64,000 nucleotides of DNA from positions 2,093 to 66,092 of the forward strand of contig SVAY01000005.1 of assembly GCA_015059185.1 (NCBI GenBank), given 5' to 3'. Shown piece by piece: positions 1 to 10,793 of this stretch. Made by a program: the position numbers and the translations under genes. This stretch comes from Erysipelotrichaceae bacterium (lineage in GTDB: Bacteria > Bacillota_I > Bacilli_A > RFN20 > CAG-826). Each line of letters starts with the position of its first letter. Positions within the stretch are counted from its first letter, which is position 1. The notes beneath the pieces were generated by a model. That model saw nothing but the letters and a program-made list of their open reading frames with translations, searched no databases and was not told where the DNA came from.

Positions 1-829
1 CTCCTATTAAACCGAGCGAAGTAACCATATTTATTAATATCGTTCTCCATTTCCTTTCTTTAATAGATGAGATAGTATGACGTAATAAAAATAAAGTAGG
101 TATATTAACTTTTCTAGAATGAGATTCTTCTGCAATCAATTCTAGATTTTTCTTTGTATTTTCTTGATTTTTCTTACAAATATCAATTATTTTTCCATCT
201 TTCATTTCAATTATTTCGTCTGCATATTCATTTACCAACTCTTTATCATGAGACACAATTAAAACAAGTTTAGACTCACTAATCTTTTTAAGTAGATCCA
301 TAATCTTATGAGCGTTTTCTTCGTCAAGCGCACCAGTCGGTTCATCCGCTAAAATGAGTTTAGGATTATTGATTAATGCGCGAGCAATCGCAACGCGCTG
401 TTTTTCTCCGCCAGAAAGGTTCTTCACACTTTGAGTCTCTTTATTTTCTAAGCCAACAAGCGCTAATACATCCTTTACTCTTCTTTTATTTCTTAGTCCT
501 AATCCTCCATTTTTTATCTCAAGAGGAAAAGCGACGTTATGCATGACGTTATCAAGGTTAAATAACTTAAAATCTTGGAAGATAAAGCCTATATTTTTTA
601 GTCTATAATTATTAATTTTTGTCAGTGGAATACTATTGATATATGTTCCATCAATTTCTATATCTCCGTCATACTTAATTAATCCACTTAGACAGTTAAA
701 TAAAGTGGTCTTCCCACATCCTGAATGACCCACTACTGCAATTAAGCCTGTACGAGGGAAAGAGATAGATAAATTATCAATGACTTTATGCTCATTAAAA
801 CTAACATTTAGGTTCCTTATATTAATCAT
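1..829 (-). CDS. ABC transporter ATP-binding/permease fusion (MacB/LolD-like), cut by the window edge
   Basis: Own translation from ATG at 829, which overlaps the upstream TGA: [11 protein letters not shown]...GHSGCGKTT (Walker A), [29 protein letters not shown]. The frame stays open to base 1 and enters a TM segment. Confidence 0.9.
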   Translation of the reverse strand, partial: MINIRNLNVSFNEHKVIDNLSISFPRTGLIAVVGHSGCGKTTLFNCLSGLIKYDGDIEIDGTYINSIPLTKINNYRLKNIGFIFQDFKLFNLDNVMHNVAFPLEIKNGGLGLRNKRRVKDVLALVGLENKETQSVKNLSGGEKQRVAIARALINNPKLILADEPTGALDEENAHKIMDLLKKISESKLVLIVSHDKELVNEYADEIIEMKDGKIIDICKKNQENTKKNLELIAEESHSRKVNIPTLFLLRHTISSIKERKWRTILINMVTSLGLIG

Positions 830-2943
830 TCGTCTCTAAGCTCCTTTGATATTGAGATTTTCTTAGAAAAGAAGATTGGTAAGAACGTTGAAATAGAGAT
901 GATTAATATGATTGCGGCTAATAAGATTAATAAGTAATCATATTTAAATGATGTAAATAAATAATAAGGCGTTCTAATTAAGTTATTTAGATTCGTAATA
1001 TTACTGACTATCTTGTTCGCTAATAAAGTTAAGGGGAAAGATAATATAATCGTTATCAAATAACTAAATAGGCCGATTAAAAGGTTCTCATATAGATAGA
1101 GCTTCATTATTTCCCATCTCGACGCTCCAAGCGCACTTAAAACTGCACTTTTCTTTCTATCTTGTGAATAAGAGAAATAAGAAATAATACCTAAGATCAA
1201 AATAATCCCTAATATTGATATTGCTAAAAATAGTTCCATCCCAGATGTACTAGCTTTAATTAAATCAGATAATGAATTCTCAATAGTTAAGGCTAAAGAA
1301 GTTGCTACTAGTCCATCAGTCGATACATTAGATACATAATCTTTTAAATAATTATTAGAGTGATAGTCTTTAAGGAATGCTCGTATCGAATAACTACTTA
1401 GCTCATCATTATCACTAGAAGTATCAATTCTTTCTTTCCATGAAATATCTTTATGTTGATAAGTAGATAGATTATTAAGAAGATATCCTTTTAAATAATT
1501 AGTGAATGCTTTATAGGAATAATAAATGGTGGGACTAGATAGAAAATCTAGTTCATCAACCACTCCGACAATTTTTAAATTTTTTGATAAAGAAAAAATA
1601 TCTTTTATAACACTACTTTCCGCATCAAACGTATAATAAACTGATTCATATTCATGTTTGATATTTATTTCATCATTCATTACATCTTTCTTCGTCTCTT
1701 TTTTAATATATTCATAGGCTTGTTTATTAATTACTACCTCATCAAAATTATCGTTACTTGGATAACTACCTTTGATTAATAAAGAAGGATTAACAAAAGG
1801 CGAAACAAAAGAATAAATTGGACGAATAAATAGTTGATCTAATTTAGCGCTTTTAAAAGTTAGCTCACTCCCACTAGGAAGAAGCACATCATAATTATTT
1901 AAATATACAAATTCTTTATGACTATCTTTTAAATAATTAAGTTCAGTATAAGAAGGTCTTGACTGTTCGACTAAAGAAATAATACTTCCTTCTAATTCAA
2001 TCTTTTCTTCTTTAGAGATAGTTAACGCTCCATAATCTATTTTCTTTTTACTCTCTAGTGATATCGCTTCATTACTATATCTTGCAAATCCTCCTATAAG
2101 AATTGAAGCTACTAAACAAATAGATAAAGAAATAATAGAAAAAATGTTAGTTTTAATTCGTTTTTTAAAGTTTTGCATGGATATTTGTTCAATCCATTTA
2201 TCTTTTTTCCTCCTATGAGCGTCGTTTACTATCGGAGTACCTTCTCCCTTAATTTCATGTATAGATTCATCTTTAATAATCGCTCCATCTTTAAGGGTGA
2301 TAATGCGATCAGAGTATTCTTTCACAAGTTCTTCATTATGAGATACCATTAAGACTAGTTTATTCTTACTAGCTTTCTTAAGTATCTCCATTACCCTTTT
2401 AGAATTCTCACTATCAAGAGCCCCTGTTGGTTCATCACAAAGTAAGATATTAGGTGAATTAATAAGCGCTCTAAGTATGGCTACTCGTTGCTTTTCTCCT
2501 CCCGATAGATTCTTTACCTTCTTTTCATAATAATCTTCATTAAATTTGATGCCGTTAAGTAGCATTTTAGCCTCTTCTTTTGCGTCCTCAAGTTTCATTC
2601 CATTAATTAAGCTAGGAAGCGCGATATTAAATAGTACATCTTTATCTTCAACTAGATGATAATGCTGAAAAACTATCCCGATTTTAGAGTTGAGATAATC
2701 CTCTTTTTCTAGATGAGACAATTTACTCACTTCTTTAGATGCGAAAAAGTATTGTCCACTACTAATATCATCGAGTAGACCAATAATGTTAAGAAGCGTT
2801 GATTTGCCACATCCAGATTTTCCTAATATTGAAACAAAACCTTTACTAGGTAAGGTGAGATTAACGTTATGAAGCGCTAGAAAACTACGACCATTCTCAG
2901 TCTTATAACGCTTTGAAACATTCACTAATTTGATTAAATCCAT
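826..2943 (-). CDS. ABC transporter ATP-binding/FtsX-type permease fusion (MacB-like)
   Basis: [28 protein letters not shown]; one TM, a large extracellular domain, then three C-terminal TMs with a SALGAS motif. Confidence 0.9.
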   Translation of the reverse strand: MDLIKLVNVSKRYKTENGRSFLALHNVNLTLPSKGFVSILGKSGCGKSTLLNIIGLLDDISSGQYFFASKEVSKLSHLEKEDYLNSKIGIVFQHYHLVEDKDVLFNIALPSLINGMKLEDAKEEAKMLLNGIKFNEDYYEKKVKNLSGGEKQRVAILRALINSPNILLCDEPTGALDSENSKRVMEILKKASKNKLVLMVSHNEELVKEYSDRIITLKDGAIIKDESIHEIKGEGTPIVNDAHRRKKDKWIEQISMQNFKKRIKTNIFSIISLSICLVASILIGGFARYSNEAISLESKKKIDYGALTISKEEKIELEGSIISLVEQSRPSYTELNYLKDSHKEFVYLNNYDVLLPSGSELTFKSAKLDQLFIRPIYSFVSPFVNPSLLIKGSYPSNDNFDEVVINKQAYEYIKKETKKDVMNDEINIKHEYESVYYTFDAESSVIKDIFSLSKNLKIVGVVDELDFLSSPTIYYSYKAFTNYLKGYLLNNLSTYQHKDISWKERIDTSSDNDELSSYSIRAFLKDYHSNNYLKDYVSNVSTDGLVATSLALTIENSLSDLIKASTSGMELFLAISILGIILILGIISYFSYSQDRKKSAVLSALGASRWEIMKLYLYENLLIGLFSYLITIILSFPLTLLANKIVSNITNLNNLIRTPYYLFTSFKYDYLLILLAAIILIISISTFLPIFFSKKISISKELRDE

Positions 2944-2967
2944 AAAAAAGAGCCCCTATATACTTAT

Positions 2968-2997
2968 AAAGACTCTCGGATTTATCAAAATGTTGAA
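2968..2997 (-). promoter_or_regulatory. Putative alternative-sigma promoter (TTCAACATTTT...GTCTTT)
   Basis: Same motif and spacing as upstream of recA. Confidence 0.55.
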
Positions 2998-3013
2998 TTT
3001 TTTTGAAAATAAT

Positions 3014-4624
3014 CTAAATTTCTTTATCTTCCATTAAGACAGCTGCTGGAACTTTTGGAAGTCCTGGCATTGTCATAACAGCACCGGTAAGAGGAACGAT
3101 GAATCCTGCACCAGCAGATAATCTCACTTCTCTAACAGTGATTGTAAAGCCTGTAGGAGCACCTAAGACCTTAGCATCATCAGTGAATGATTGTGGGGTC
3201 TTAGCGATACAAATAGGTGTCTTAGAGAAGCCAAGATCTTCAAATTCTTTAATCTGTCTTTCTGCTTCTTCGGTATAGACAACATTACCTGCTCTATAGA
3301 TTTCTTTACAAATGGTTTCAATCTTATCTTTGATAGGAGCATTGGTATCGTAAAGAGGATGATAATGAGATTCTGTACTCTTAAGGACAGCATCAACTTC
3401 TCTAGCGAGTTCAATCGCACCTTCCGCACCGTTAGTAAAGGCACTACAGAATGCCACTCTATAGCCTTGTTCTTCACACCACTTACGTAATGCAGCAGTT
3501 TCTGCTTCAGTATCTGTATCAAAGTGATTGATACATACAACACTTGGAATACCATATTTAGCAATATTTTCCATATGATGCTTTAAGTTATCTACACCAT
3601 TAAGTAAGGCTGGAACATTTTCAGTAGTTAAATCTTCAAATGCTTGTCCACCATGCATCTTAAGAGCTCTAATAGTAGCGACCATGACGACTGCATCTGG
3701 TTTTAAACCAGCAACACGACATTTAATATCTAAGAATTTCTCAGCACCAAGGTCAGCACCGAAGCCTGCCTCAGTAACAACGATTGGAGCAAGTTTAAGA
3801 GCTAACTTAGTAGCGATAATGGAGTTACATCCGTGCGCGATATTCGCGAAAGGTCCTCCGTGTATAATACATGGGTTACCTTCAAGGGTTTGCACTAAGT
3901 TAGGATTAATAGCAGCTTTCATGAGCTTAGCAACTGCGTGGCTCACTCTTAAATCTCTAAGGAAGACAGGTTTACCTTCTTTATTATAGGCAACAATTAT
4001 ATTGTTAATACGTGCCATAAAGTCATCTAAATCTTTAGATAAGCACATGATTGCCATCATTTCACTAGCCACGGTAATAACAAATTCTTCATGACGTGGT
4101 TCGCATTTCTTTTCGCCTTGTGCAACGGTCACGCTTCTAAGGGCTCTATCATTCATATCAAGGGCACGTTTCCATAAGATTCTATTTGGATCAATATTAA
4201 GAGCGTTGCCGTGGAAGATATGGTTATCAATAACAGCAGCGATTAAGTTAATTGAGCTAGTTAATGCGTGCATATCGCCTGTGAAGTGTAAGTTGATATC
4301 TTCACTTGGGATAACTGAGGCCTTACCGCCTCCAGTCGCTCCACCCTTAATACCAAAGACCGGGCCTAACGAAGGTTCTCTTAAACAGAGTAAAGAGTGG
4401 ATTCCAATTTTATTGAATCCATCATGTAAAGCAATAGAGGTAGTTGTCTTACCTTCACCAGCTTTAGTTGGGGTGATAGCAGTAACAAGGACTAACTTAC
4501 CATCTTTGTTGCCTTTAAGGGTTTCATTAATTGATAAGTCAATTTTCGCTTTGTCTCTTCCGTATGGGATAAGAAATTCTTCACCGATACCGGCAAGACG
4601 AGCAATCTCGTTAATATTTTTCAT
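3014..4624 (-). CDS. fhs: Formate--tetrahydrofolate ligase
   Basis: TPTKAGEGKTT, GIKGGATGGG, INLHFTGD, HGGPFANIAHG, TEAGFGADLG, MTMPGLP. Confidence 0.97.
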   Translation of the reverse strand: MKNINEIARLAGIGEEFLIPYGRDKAKIDLSINETLKGNKDGKLVLVTAITPTKAGEGKTTTSIALHDGFNKIGIHSLLCLREPSLGPVFGIKGGATGGGKASVIPSEDINLHFTGDMHALTSSINLIAAVIDNHIFHGNALNIDPNRILWKRALDMNDRALRSVTVAQGEKKCEPRHEEFVITVASEMMAIMCLSKDLDDFMARINNIIVAYNKEGKPVFLRDLRVSHAVAKLMKAAINPNLVQTLEGNPCIIHGGPFANIAHGCNSIIATKLALKLAPIVVTEAGFGADLGAEKFLDIKCRVAGLKPDAVVMVATIRALKMHGGQAFEDLTTENVPALLNGVDNLKHHMENIAKYGIPSVVCINHFDTDTEAETAALRKWCEEQGYRVAFCSAFTNGAEGAIELAREVDAVLKSTESHYHPLYDTNAPIKDKIETICKEIYRAGNVVYTEEAERQIKEFEDLGFSKTPICIAKTPQSFTDDAKVLGAPTGFTITVREVRLSAGAGFIVPLTGAVMTMPGLPKVPAAVLMEDKEI

Positions 4625-4668
4625 AGAGTGTCCTCCAAAATGTGTAATTAAGAAGATTATATAATAAT

Positions 4669-5343
4669 CTAGTTACTTTTCAAGACATTAAGGGTGTAAT
4701 TAGCGAGATATAAGCCAGCAGTAGAGGTAACAGTCATTAAAGAATGTAATTTATTGCCATCTTTAAAAGGCGCCTCATCACTATACACGCACATCACGCT
4801 TGAATAATCTAAACCAAGATTCTTTAATTCATAACGCACCTTTTTAGCAAGTGGATCAGTTGTAGATTTATTTAAGCTAGAAACTTTAATTCTACTAGGA
4901 TCAACTTTATTCGCCATACCCATGGAAGTAACAAAAGGAATGTTATGATTTAAAGCGTATTGAATGAGATAAATTTTCGCGGAAACGTCATCGATACAAT
5001 CAATGACAAAATCCGCATTTATTTCTTTGATATTTTTAACGTCTTCTTTATAAGTAACAATATTTACTTCATCGTTAATCATTAATGCGCGTTTCTTAGC
5101 AATTTCCACTTTATCTTTACCGATATCTTCTGCAACATATAGGAGTTGTCTATTTAAGTTAGAAGGATCCACTATATCTCTATCAACAATAATAAAGTTT
5201 TTAATCCCGCCTCTCACTAAAGCTTCAAATGTCGTACCGCCTACTCCACCAAGCCCCGCAATAAAAACAGTCTTATTTTGTAAGGCGTTAAATCCATCTT
5301 CACCAAGAAGTGCAATATTACGAGAAAATATTTCTTTATTCAT
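4669..5343 (-). CDS. tcdA: ThiF/E1-like tRNA threonylcarbamoyladenosine dehydratase
   Basis: GLGGVG, D...SNLNRQ, DCID, SMG, DPLAKKVR; start moved to MNKEIF. Confidence 0.8.
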   Translation of the reverse strand: MNKEIFSRNIALLGEDGFNALQNKTVFIAGLGGVGGTTFEALVRGGIKNFIIVDRDIVDPSNLNRQLLYVAEDIGKDKVEIAKKRALMINDEVNIVTYKEDVKNIKEINADFVIDCIDDVSAKIYLIQYALNHNIPFVTSMGMANKVDPSRIKVSSLNKSTTDPLAKKVRYELKNLGLDYSSVMCVYSDEAPFKDGNKLHSLMTVTSTAGLYLANYTLNVLKSN

Positions 5344-6211
5344 TGATACCAAATTCCTTTAAAAGTGCCACTTTTGATGTAAAAACACGAGAATTAAATT
5401 GATTTTTAAAGAAAGTAACTTGTCTTTTTGCATAGTTTCTTGTTCTCTTTTTAATTAATTCAATCGCTTCTTCTAAGCTACATTTATCATCTAAATAATC
5501 GAGTATTTCTTTATAACCAATTGCTTGAGTTGCAGTAGTAGATAAATCATACTTTTCTTTTAAATATTCGACCTCATCTACTAATCCTTCACTAATCATT
5601 TTATCGACTCTATAGTTGATTGCATCATATAATTCTTCCCTATCTGGATTAAGGAATAAAAACTCCACATCAGGATAGATAATTTTATGTTCTTGAGAGG
5701 CGATTATCTCGCTTTTTTTCTTTCCACTACTAGAGATTAAATCAAGCGCACGAATAAGACGTTTTCGGTTATTTACATGTATTGATTTACTCGCTTCTAA
5801 ATCGAGTTCTTCAAGCTTTTTAAATAACTCTTCATTCGAGTAAGAAGAATAGTCGTTTGTCGAATTTTCTTCTTCTAAAAATTCATAATCAAATAAGGCT
5901 GCTCGAATATATAAACCCGTACCACCACTTACAATGATATCTTTATATTTTTTATTTAATTCATTAAGTGTTCTTCGAAAGTCATCTTGATATTCTTTAA
6001 CAGAATAAGTTTCATTAGGCTTTTTGATATTAAGTAAATAATGTCTTTTATAATCTGGATCACTTTCTTTTATCTTATTTGTTCCAATATTCATGTCTTT
6101 ATAGATTTGAAATGCATCTGCATTAATAATCGGCGCGTTAAAATGATGTGCTAGTTTCACCGCAACATCTGTTTTACCACTACCAGTTGGACCAAACACT
6201 ACTAAGATCAT
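5336..6211 (-). CDS. miaA: tRNA dimethylallyltransferase
   Basis: GPTGSGKT, DAFQIYK, GGTGLY, QAIGYKE, TRNYAKRQ. Confidence 0.96.
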   Translation of the reverse strand: MILVVFGPTGSGKTDVAVKLAHHFNAPIINADAFQIYKDMNIGTNKIKESDPDYKRHYLLNIKKPNETYSVKEYQDDFRRTLNELNKKYKDIIVSGGTGLYIRAALFDYEFLEEENSTNDYSSYSNEELFKKLEELDLEASKSIHVNNRKRLIRALDLISSSGKKKSEIIASQEHKIIYPDVEFLFLNPDREELYDAINYRVDKMISEGLVDEVEYLKEKYDLSTTATQAIGYKEILDYLDDKCSLEEAIELIKKRTRNYAKRQVTFFKNQFNSRVFTSKVALLKEFGINE

Positions 6212-6480
6212 TTTTCTATAATATCTTTTACCACTCTAAGAATACTTTCTAATTCTTTTTGTGCCGCTAAATAGTTCACCACTAAAGGATGAGAATTATA
6301 TTCTTCTTCAATCTTTTTATGTTGATGAGGATCATCTTTAGTTTTAACTAATTGAATACGAAGAGATTTTATTTCTTCACTATTATCAAAAAGTTCTTTT
6401 AAACGAAGATATTCTTTATATTCTTTTGTGTCGTTTAAAGCGGACTTAAGTTCATTAGCCTTTTCTAATATCTTATCCAT
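6208..6480 (-). CDS. YlbF/YmcA (RicA/RicF-like) family small helical protein
   Basis: Coiled coil with HPLVVNYLAAQ; lies directly downstream of miaB, as ymcA does in Bacillus. Confidence 0.65.
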   Translation of the reverse strand: MDKILEKANELKSALNDTKEYKEYLRLKELFDNSEEIKSLRIQLVKTKDDPHQHKKIEEEYNSHPLVVNYLAAQKELESILRVVKDIIEK

Positions 6481-7912
6481 TCACTTTTTCTCCTATTAAA
6501 GAATAGGTATGGCTTTCTAAGATACGGACTGGAATAATCTTACCAATATCTTCTTTACTCGCCTTAAAATGGACTAATTTATTATTCTCGGTATAACCGG
6601 AATACATATTTTCATCAGTCTTAGAGACGCCATCCACTAAAACGTCATATATTTTCCCTACCATACTTAAAGCATCTTTAGAAATTGATACTTCAAGATG
6701 CTTCACAAGTTCTTTAAAGCGGCGGGATTTCTCACTATATGGTACTTCATCTTTCATCCTTGCAGCAGGAGTGCCTCGACGAGGAGAATATATAAAGGTA
6801 AAAGCCGCTTCATAGCCCACTATATCGACTAAAGATAAGGTGTCATTAAACTGTTCTTCTGTTTCGTTAGGGAATCCAACAATGATATCAGTAGATAAAG
6901 AGAGTCCAGGAATTCTTTCTCTCATCGTTTTAACAAGATTAAGATAATCTTCTCGAGTATATCTTCTACCCATAAGTTTAAGAATTTCACTATTTCCACT
7001 TTGAACAGGTAGATGAATAAATTTCATAATATTAGGATATTTAGCAATGACATCAATCATCTTAAGAGAAAAGTCCCATGGATGAGAGGTTGTAAATCTA
7101 ATACGAGGCACACCACGCTTCGCCGCTTCTTCTAAAACGTCAGCAAAGTCATGCCCTTCATCTAAGTCTTTCCCGTATGCATTAACGTTTTGACCTAAGA
7201 AAGTGATTTCTTGATAACCTAAAGCAACAAGCTCATCGACTTCCTTCATGACGTCATTAAAACGTCTACTTCTTTCTTTTCCTCTAGTATAAGGAACAAT
7301 ACAATACGTACAGAATTTATTACATCCATACATTATATTGATATAAGCTTTAAATTCGTTATTTCTTCGACAAGGAAGATCTTCAATCACTTCCCCTTGT
7401 TTAGATTCAATAGAGACAAGCCTTTCTTTACTTGTGATGGTTTCACATATTAAAGAAGTTAATTGATATATCTCGTGTGTCCCAAAATAAAGATTTACTT
7501 CAGGGAAGGTATTCATCATACGTTCTAAGATTTCTGGTTGTTCGACCATACATCCGCATATCGCTAAAACGAGATCTTTATTAATCTTTCTTAATCTTTT
7601 TAAATTACCAATTTCACCATACACTTTATCTTCGGCATTTTCTCTCACCGCACAGGTATTGATGATAATGACATCTGAGGTTTCAGGAGAATCAGTTTGT
7701 GTCATACCAACATTCTCAAGTAAGCCACGCATTGTCTCTTCATCTCTGACATTAGCCTGACAGCCATATGTATGGATATAATAGTTTTTATTGTTCAGTA
7801 ATTTAGATATTTCTTCATTATTTTGAGTAGCTCCACTCATAAAGAAAGTAGCCTCGTTCGTACGGACTTTTGCTTTATTCATATTAGGAGTATTAATCAC
7901 ATTAGTTTTCAT
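6473..7912 (-). CDS. miaB: tRNA-2-methylthio-N6-dimethylallyladenosine synthase
   Basis: TYGCQAN, NTCAVRENAE, radical SAM CNKFCTYC, C-terminal TRAM domain. Confidence 0.96.
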   Translation of the reverse strand: MKTNVINTPNMNKAKVRTNEATFFMSGATQNNEEISKLLNNKNYYIHTYGCQANVRDEETMRGLLENVGMTQTDSPETSDVIIINTCAVRENAEDKVYGEIGNLKRLRKINKDLVLAICGCMVEQPEILERMMNTFPEVNLYFGTHEIYQLTSLICETITSKERLVSIESKQGEVIEDLPCRRNNEFKAYINIMYGCNKFCTYCIVPYTRGKERSRRFNDVMKEVDELVALGYQEITFLGQNVNAYGKDLDEGHDFADVLEEAAKRGVPRIRFTTSHPWDFSLKMIDVIAKYPNIMKFIHLPVQSGNSEILKLMGRRYTREDYLNLVKTMRERIPGLSLSTDIIVGFPNETEEQFNDTLSLVDIVGYEAAFTFIYSPRRGTPAARMKDEVPYSEKSRRFKELVKHLEVSISKDALSMVGKIYDVLVDGVSKTDENMYSGYTENNKLVHFKASKEDIGKIIPVRILESHTYSLIGEKVNG

Positions 7913-8697
7913 TATTTTTCCTCCACGAATTGAATAGGGGTAATTTGCTTACATTTATGAGTTATGCGGTCAAAATCCATGAGAACTGCACTGAAAACGC
8001 CTCTTCCTTCACTAGGAACTTCATATCTAGACATCTCTCCAAAACAGTTCTTTCTAATGACGGAATCTTTATCAAATCCAAGTATCCCGTCATAATATCC
8101 GCACATCCCGACATCCGAGATAAACGCAGTACCGTTTGGTAATATTTTAGCGTCGTTAGTTTGTATATGGGTGTGGGTACCTAAGACCGCTCCCACTTTC
8201 CCGTCAAAAGCATAAGCAATCGAATATTTCTCTCCTGTTGCTTCTGCATGATAATCAATGATATGGATATCACTATCTTCTAAGTCTTGATTGATCTCAA
8301 CTATCGCATAATATGGCGAATTTACTGCCTCTTTCATAAAGGCACTTCCTAAGATGTTAGTGACTCTAATAGTAAGTCCATCAACATCAAATAAAGCAGT
8401 ACCTTCTCCCGAGAAAGGTTCAATTAAATTATATGGTCTAATTAATCTATCGGTAGAGTCGATATATCTTTCTAATTCTTTTTTACTGTTATAGTGGTTA
8501 CCAAGCGTGACAACATCTATTCCATAATCAAGTAATTCTTCATAATGGTGTCTAATAAGACCTTTACCATGCGTCACATTCTCCCCATTAGCAATAACAA
8601 AATCAACATTATATTTCTTAATGTAAAGAGGTAGATATTCTTTTACCATTCGTCTCCCTATTGGGCCGACGATATCTCCGATAAATAATATTTTCAA
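7912..8697 (-). CDS. ymdB: YmdB-family metallophosphoesterase
   Basis: GDIVG, NGEN, TLGNH, DYHAEAT, GTHTH, DVGMCG; downstream of rny. Confidence 0.92.
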   Translation of the reverse strand: MKILFIGDIVGPIGRRMVKEYLPLYIKKYNVDFVIANGENVTHGKGLIRHHYEELLDYGIDVVTLGNHYNSKKELERYIDSTDRLIRPYNLIEPFSGEGTALFDVDGLTIRVTNILGSAFMKEAVNSPYYAIVEINQDLEDSDIHIIDYHAEATGEKYSIAYAFDGKVGAVLGTHTHIQTNDAKILPNGTAFISDVGMCGYYDGILGFDKDSVIRKNCFGEMSRYEVPSEGRGVFSAVLMDFDRITHKCKQITPIQFVEEK

Positions 8698-8702
8698 GGT
8701 GC

Positions 8703-10292
8703 TTACTTCGCTGTTTCTATCGCGCGGTATTCGCGAATGACTGAGACCTTAATTTGACCAGGATAGGTCATTTCATTCTCAATTCTTTCTTTAATGTCAC
8801 GCGCTAATTTGAATGCTCCGACATCATCGATCTTATCTGGAATAACCATAACACGGAGTTCACGTCCACTTTGCATCGCATAGCTTTGATAGACTCCATC
8901 GTATGATTTACAAATTTCTTCAAGCTTTTCAATACGCTTGATGTAGTTTTCTAAGATTTCGCTTCTTGCTCCTGGACGAGCAGCACTTAAAGTATCTGCT
9001 GCTTGCACGATATGAGAGATAACATATTTTGCTTCAACATCACCATGGTGAGATTCAATAGCGTTAATAACGACATCTGGTTCGCCGTATTTCTTAGCGA
9101 GTCTAGCACCAATTTCAACGTGACTACCTTCCATCTCAAAGTCACATGATTTACCAATATCATGTAATAAGCCAGCGCGTTTCGCTAAAGTTTGATCTAG
9201 TCCAAGTTCAGCAGCCATAATACCTGAAAGATAAGCCACTTCGATGGAGTGATCTAAAGCATTTTGTCCGTAACTGGTACGGTATCTAAGTCTACCAACA
9301 TAATCTAATAAGTCTTTATTGATTCTTGGTAAGCCAAGTTTAAAGGCCACATCTTGACCAGTCTTATGAATAGTTTCGTTAACTTCGTTTTTACATTTCT
9401 CAACGATTTCTTCAATTCTTCCTGGTTGAATACGACCATCTTTAATTAATAGTTCTAATGATTTTCTCGCAATCTCTCTTCTAATTGGATCAAAGCAAGA
9501 AATAGAGATAACTTCTGGAGTATCATCAATAATTAAATCAACACCGAGTAATTGTTCAATCGTACGAATGTTACGACCTTCTCTACCAATGATTCTTCCC
9601 TTCATTTCATCGTTAGGAAGAGCGACAGTAGAAACGGTTCTTTCAGTAGTAACGTCTTGCGCATATTTAGAAAGGGCTAAACCTAAAAGTTCTTGGGCTT
9701 CTTGGTTCACTTTTTCTTTTGCTTCTTCTTCTTTGTTTTTCATAAAGACCGCAATTTCTTTACTCATCTTAGACTCAACACGAGCAAAGAGTTCATCTTT
9801 AGCTTGTTGAGTGGTCATATTAGCGACCTTCTCTAATTCAACAATAATAGAATCAATCTTTTCTTGGAGTTGAGCTTCTTTCTTATCACAGTCTTTAATA
9901 CGACGTGAAAGCATTTCATTCTTTTCATCAAGAGCATCTTCTTTTTGTTGAAGTTGAGCGTCACGACGATCAATGTTTTGTTCTCTTTGTAATAATTGAT
10001 TTTGTTGAGAAGCAATTTCCGCTTTTCTTTCTCTTAATTCTTTCTCAACATCATTCTTAAGTTCTTGCGCGAGTTGTTTACCATCAAGTTGCGCGTTCTT
10101 GGTGATGTGTTCTGCTTTGATTTCGGCGTCTCTAATAATCTTTTTGGCGTTCACTTCCGCTCTTCTTTTCTTAAAGAAAGGAACGAACATAAACACTAAA
10201 AAGCCAATAGCTAAACCTGCTACAAGCATTAAAGCAATCCACAAGAAATCTAGCCCTGCTAAACCTTGTGCGCTTTCAGCAAAAATAATCAT
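8703..10292 (-). CDS. rny: Ribonuclease Y
   Basis: N-terminal TM, coiled coil, KH ([13 protein letters not shown]), HD (LLHDIGK), [12 protein letters not shown]. Confidence 0.97.
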   Translation of the reverse strand: MIIFAESAQGLAGLDFLWIALMLVAGLAIGFLVFMFVPFFKKRRAEVNAKKIIRDAEIKAEHITKNAQLDGKQLAQELKNDVEKELRERKAEIASQQNQLLQREQNIDRRDAQLQQKEDALDEKNEMLSRRIKDCDKKEAQLQEKIDSIIVELEKVANMTTQQAKDELFARVESKMSKEIAVFMKNKEEEAKEKVNQEAQELLGLALSKYAQDVTTERTVSTVALPNDEMKGRIIGREGRNIRTIEQLLGVDLIIDDTPEVISISCFDPIRREIARKSLELLIKDGRIQPGRIEEIVEKCKNEVNETIHKTGQDVAFKLGLPRINKDLLDYVGRLRYRTSYGQNALDHSIEVAYLSGIMAAELGLDQTLAKRAGLLHDIGKSCDFEMEGSHVEIGARLAKKYGEPDVVINAIESHHGDVEAKYVISHIVQAADTLSAARPGARSEILENYIKRIEKLEEICKSYDGVYQSYAMQSGRELRVMVIPDKIDDVGAFKLARDIKERIENEMTYPGQIKVSVIREYRAIETAK

Positions 10293-10449
10293 AATAAATC
10301 CTTCTTCCTATTCGCTTAGCGACATATCTAAATAACTATATAAATTTTAAAATAATGCACTTAGAAGCAAAATTTTATATATAACAGGCAAAGCCTGATT
10401 AATCAATTTCTCTAATGAGAATCTATAGTTAGTGCGATAGCACCTTTAT

Positions 10450-10478
10450 ATTATATAAAAATCACTAATTCATAACAA
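10450..10478 (-). promoter_or_regulatory. Putative sigma-A promoter of rny
   Basis: TTGTTA-N17-TATAAT on the minus strand. Confidence 0.5.
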
Positions 10479-10482
10479 GAAC

Positions 10483-10507
10483 AAAAAGGACCGGCAATTG
10501 CCAGTCC
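10483..10507 (-). terminator. Intrinsic terminator
   Basis: GGACTGGC/GCCGGTCC stem followed by a U-tract on the minus strand. Confidence 0.7.
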
Positions 10508-10550
10508 CGTGTTGCTATTATTTATAAATTTCTTTTCTATGACCAATTTT

Positions 10551-10778
10551 TCATAAGTTGAACATTTTCTCAACTTCTTCAAGCGTGTAAGTTTTTTTAT
10601 CAGGATCATTTTTGTATCTCTCGATACATTTTTCAGCCCACTTGATTTCGTATTCGTCTTCAATCTTTTCAAGAAGCGCTTGTTTAAGTGCAGTAGAAAT
10701 ACTTAAACCATGGAGCTCACAATACGCTCTAATTAATTTCTCTTCTTCTTTAGACATATGAACAGATGAAACACCCAT
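10551..10778 (-). CDS. Ribbon-helix-helix antitoxin-like protein (DUF6290/RelB-like), no toxin partner
   Basis: SVHMSKEEEKLIRAYCELHGLSISTALKQALLEKIEDEY...YTLEEV; GAGGTG RBS before the ATG at 10778. Confidence 0.75.
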   Translation of the reverse strand: MGVSSVHMSKEEEKLIRAYCELHGLSISTALKQALLEKIEDEYEIKWAEKCIERYKNDPDKKTYTLEEVEKMFNL

Positions 10779-10793
10779 ATTAGTCACCTCTTG

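Noticed and set aside
826-828. TGA recoding (Mycoplasma genetic code 4)
   Set aside because: TGA ends genes at ATGA/GTGA overlaps, and conserved genes are intact under table 11
3163-4664. Several 99-152-aa alternate-frame or antisense ORFs in fhs, and similar ones in rny, recA, der, sufS, copA and feoB
   Set aside because: Shadow ORFs of conserved genes with no recognisable motifs
10451-10672. 73-aa ORF as the missing toxin of the RHH antitoxin
   Set aside because: It overlaps the antitoxin out of frame, runs through the terminator and has no toxin motifs
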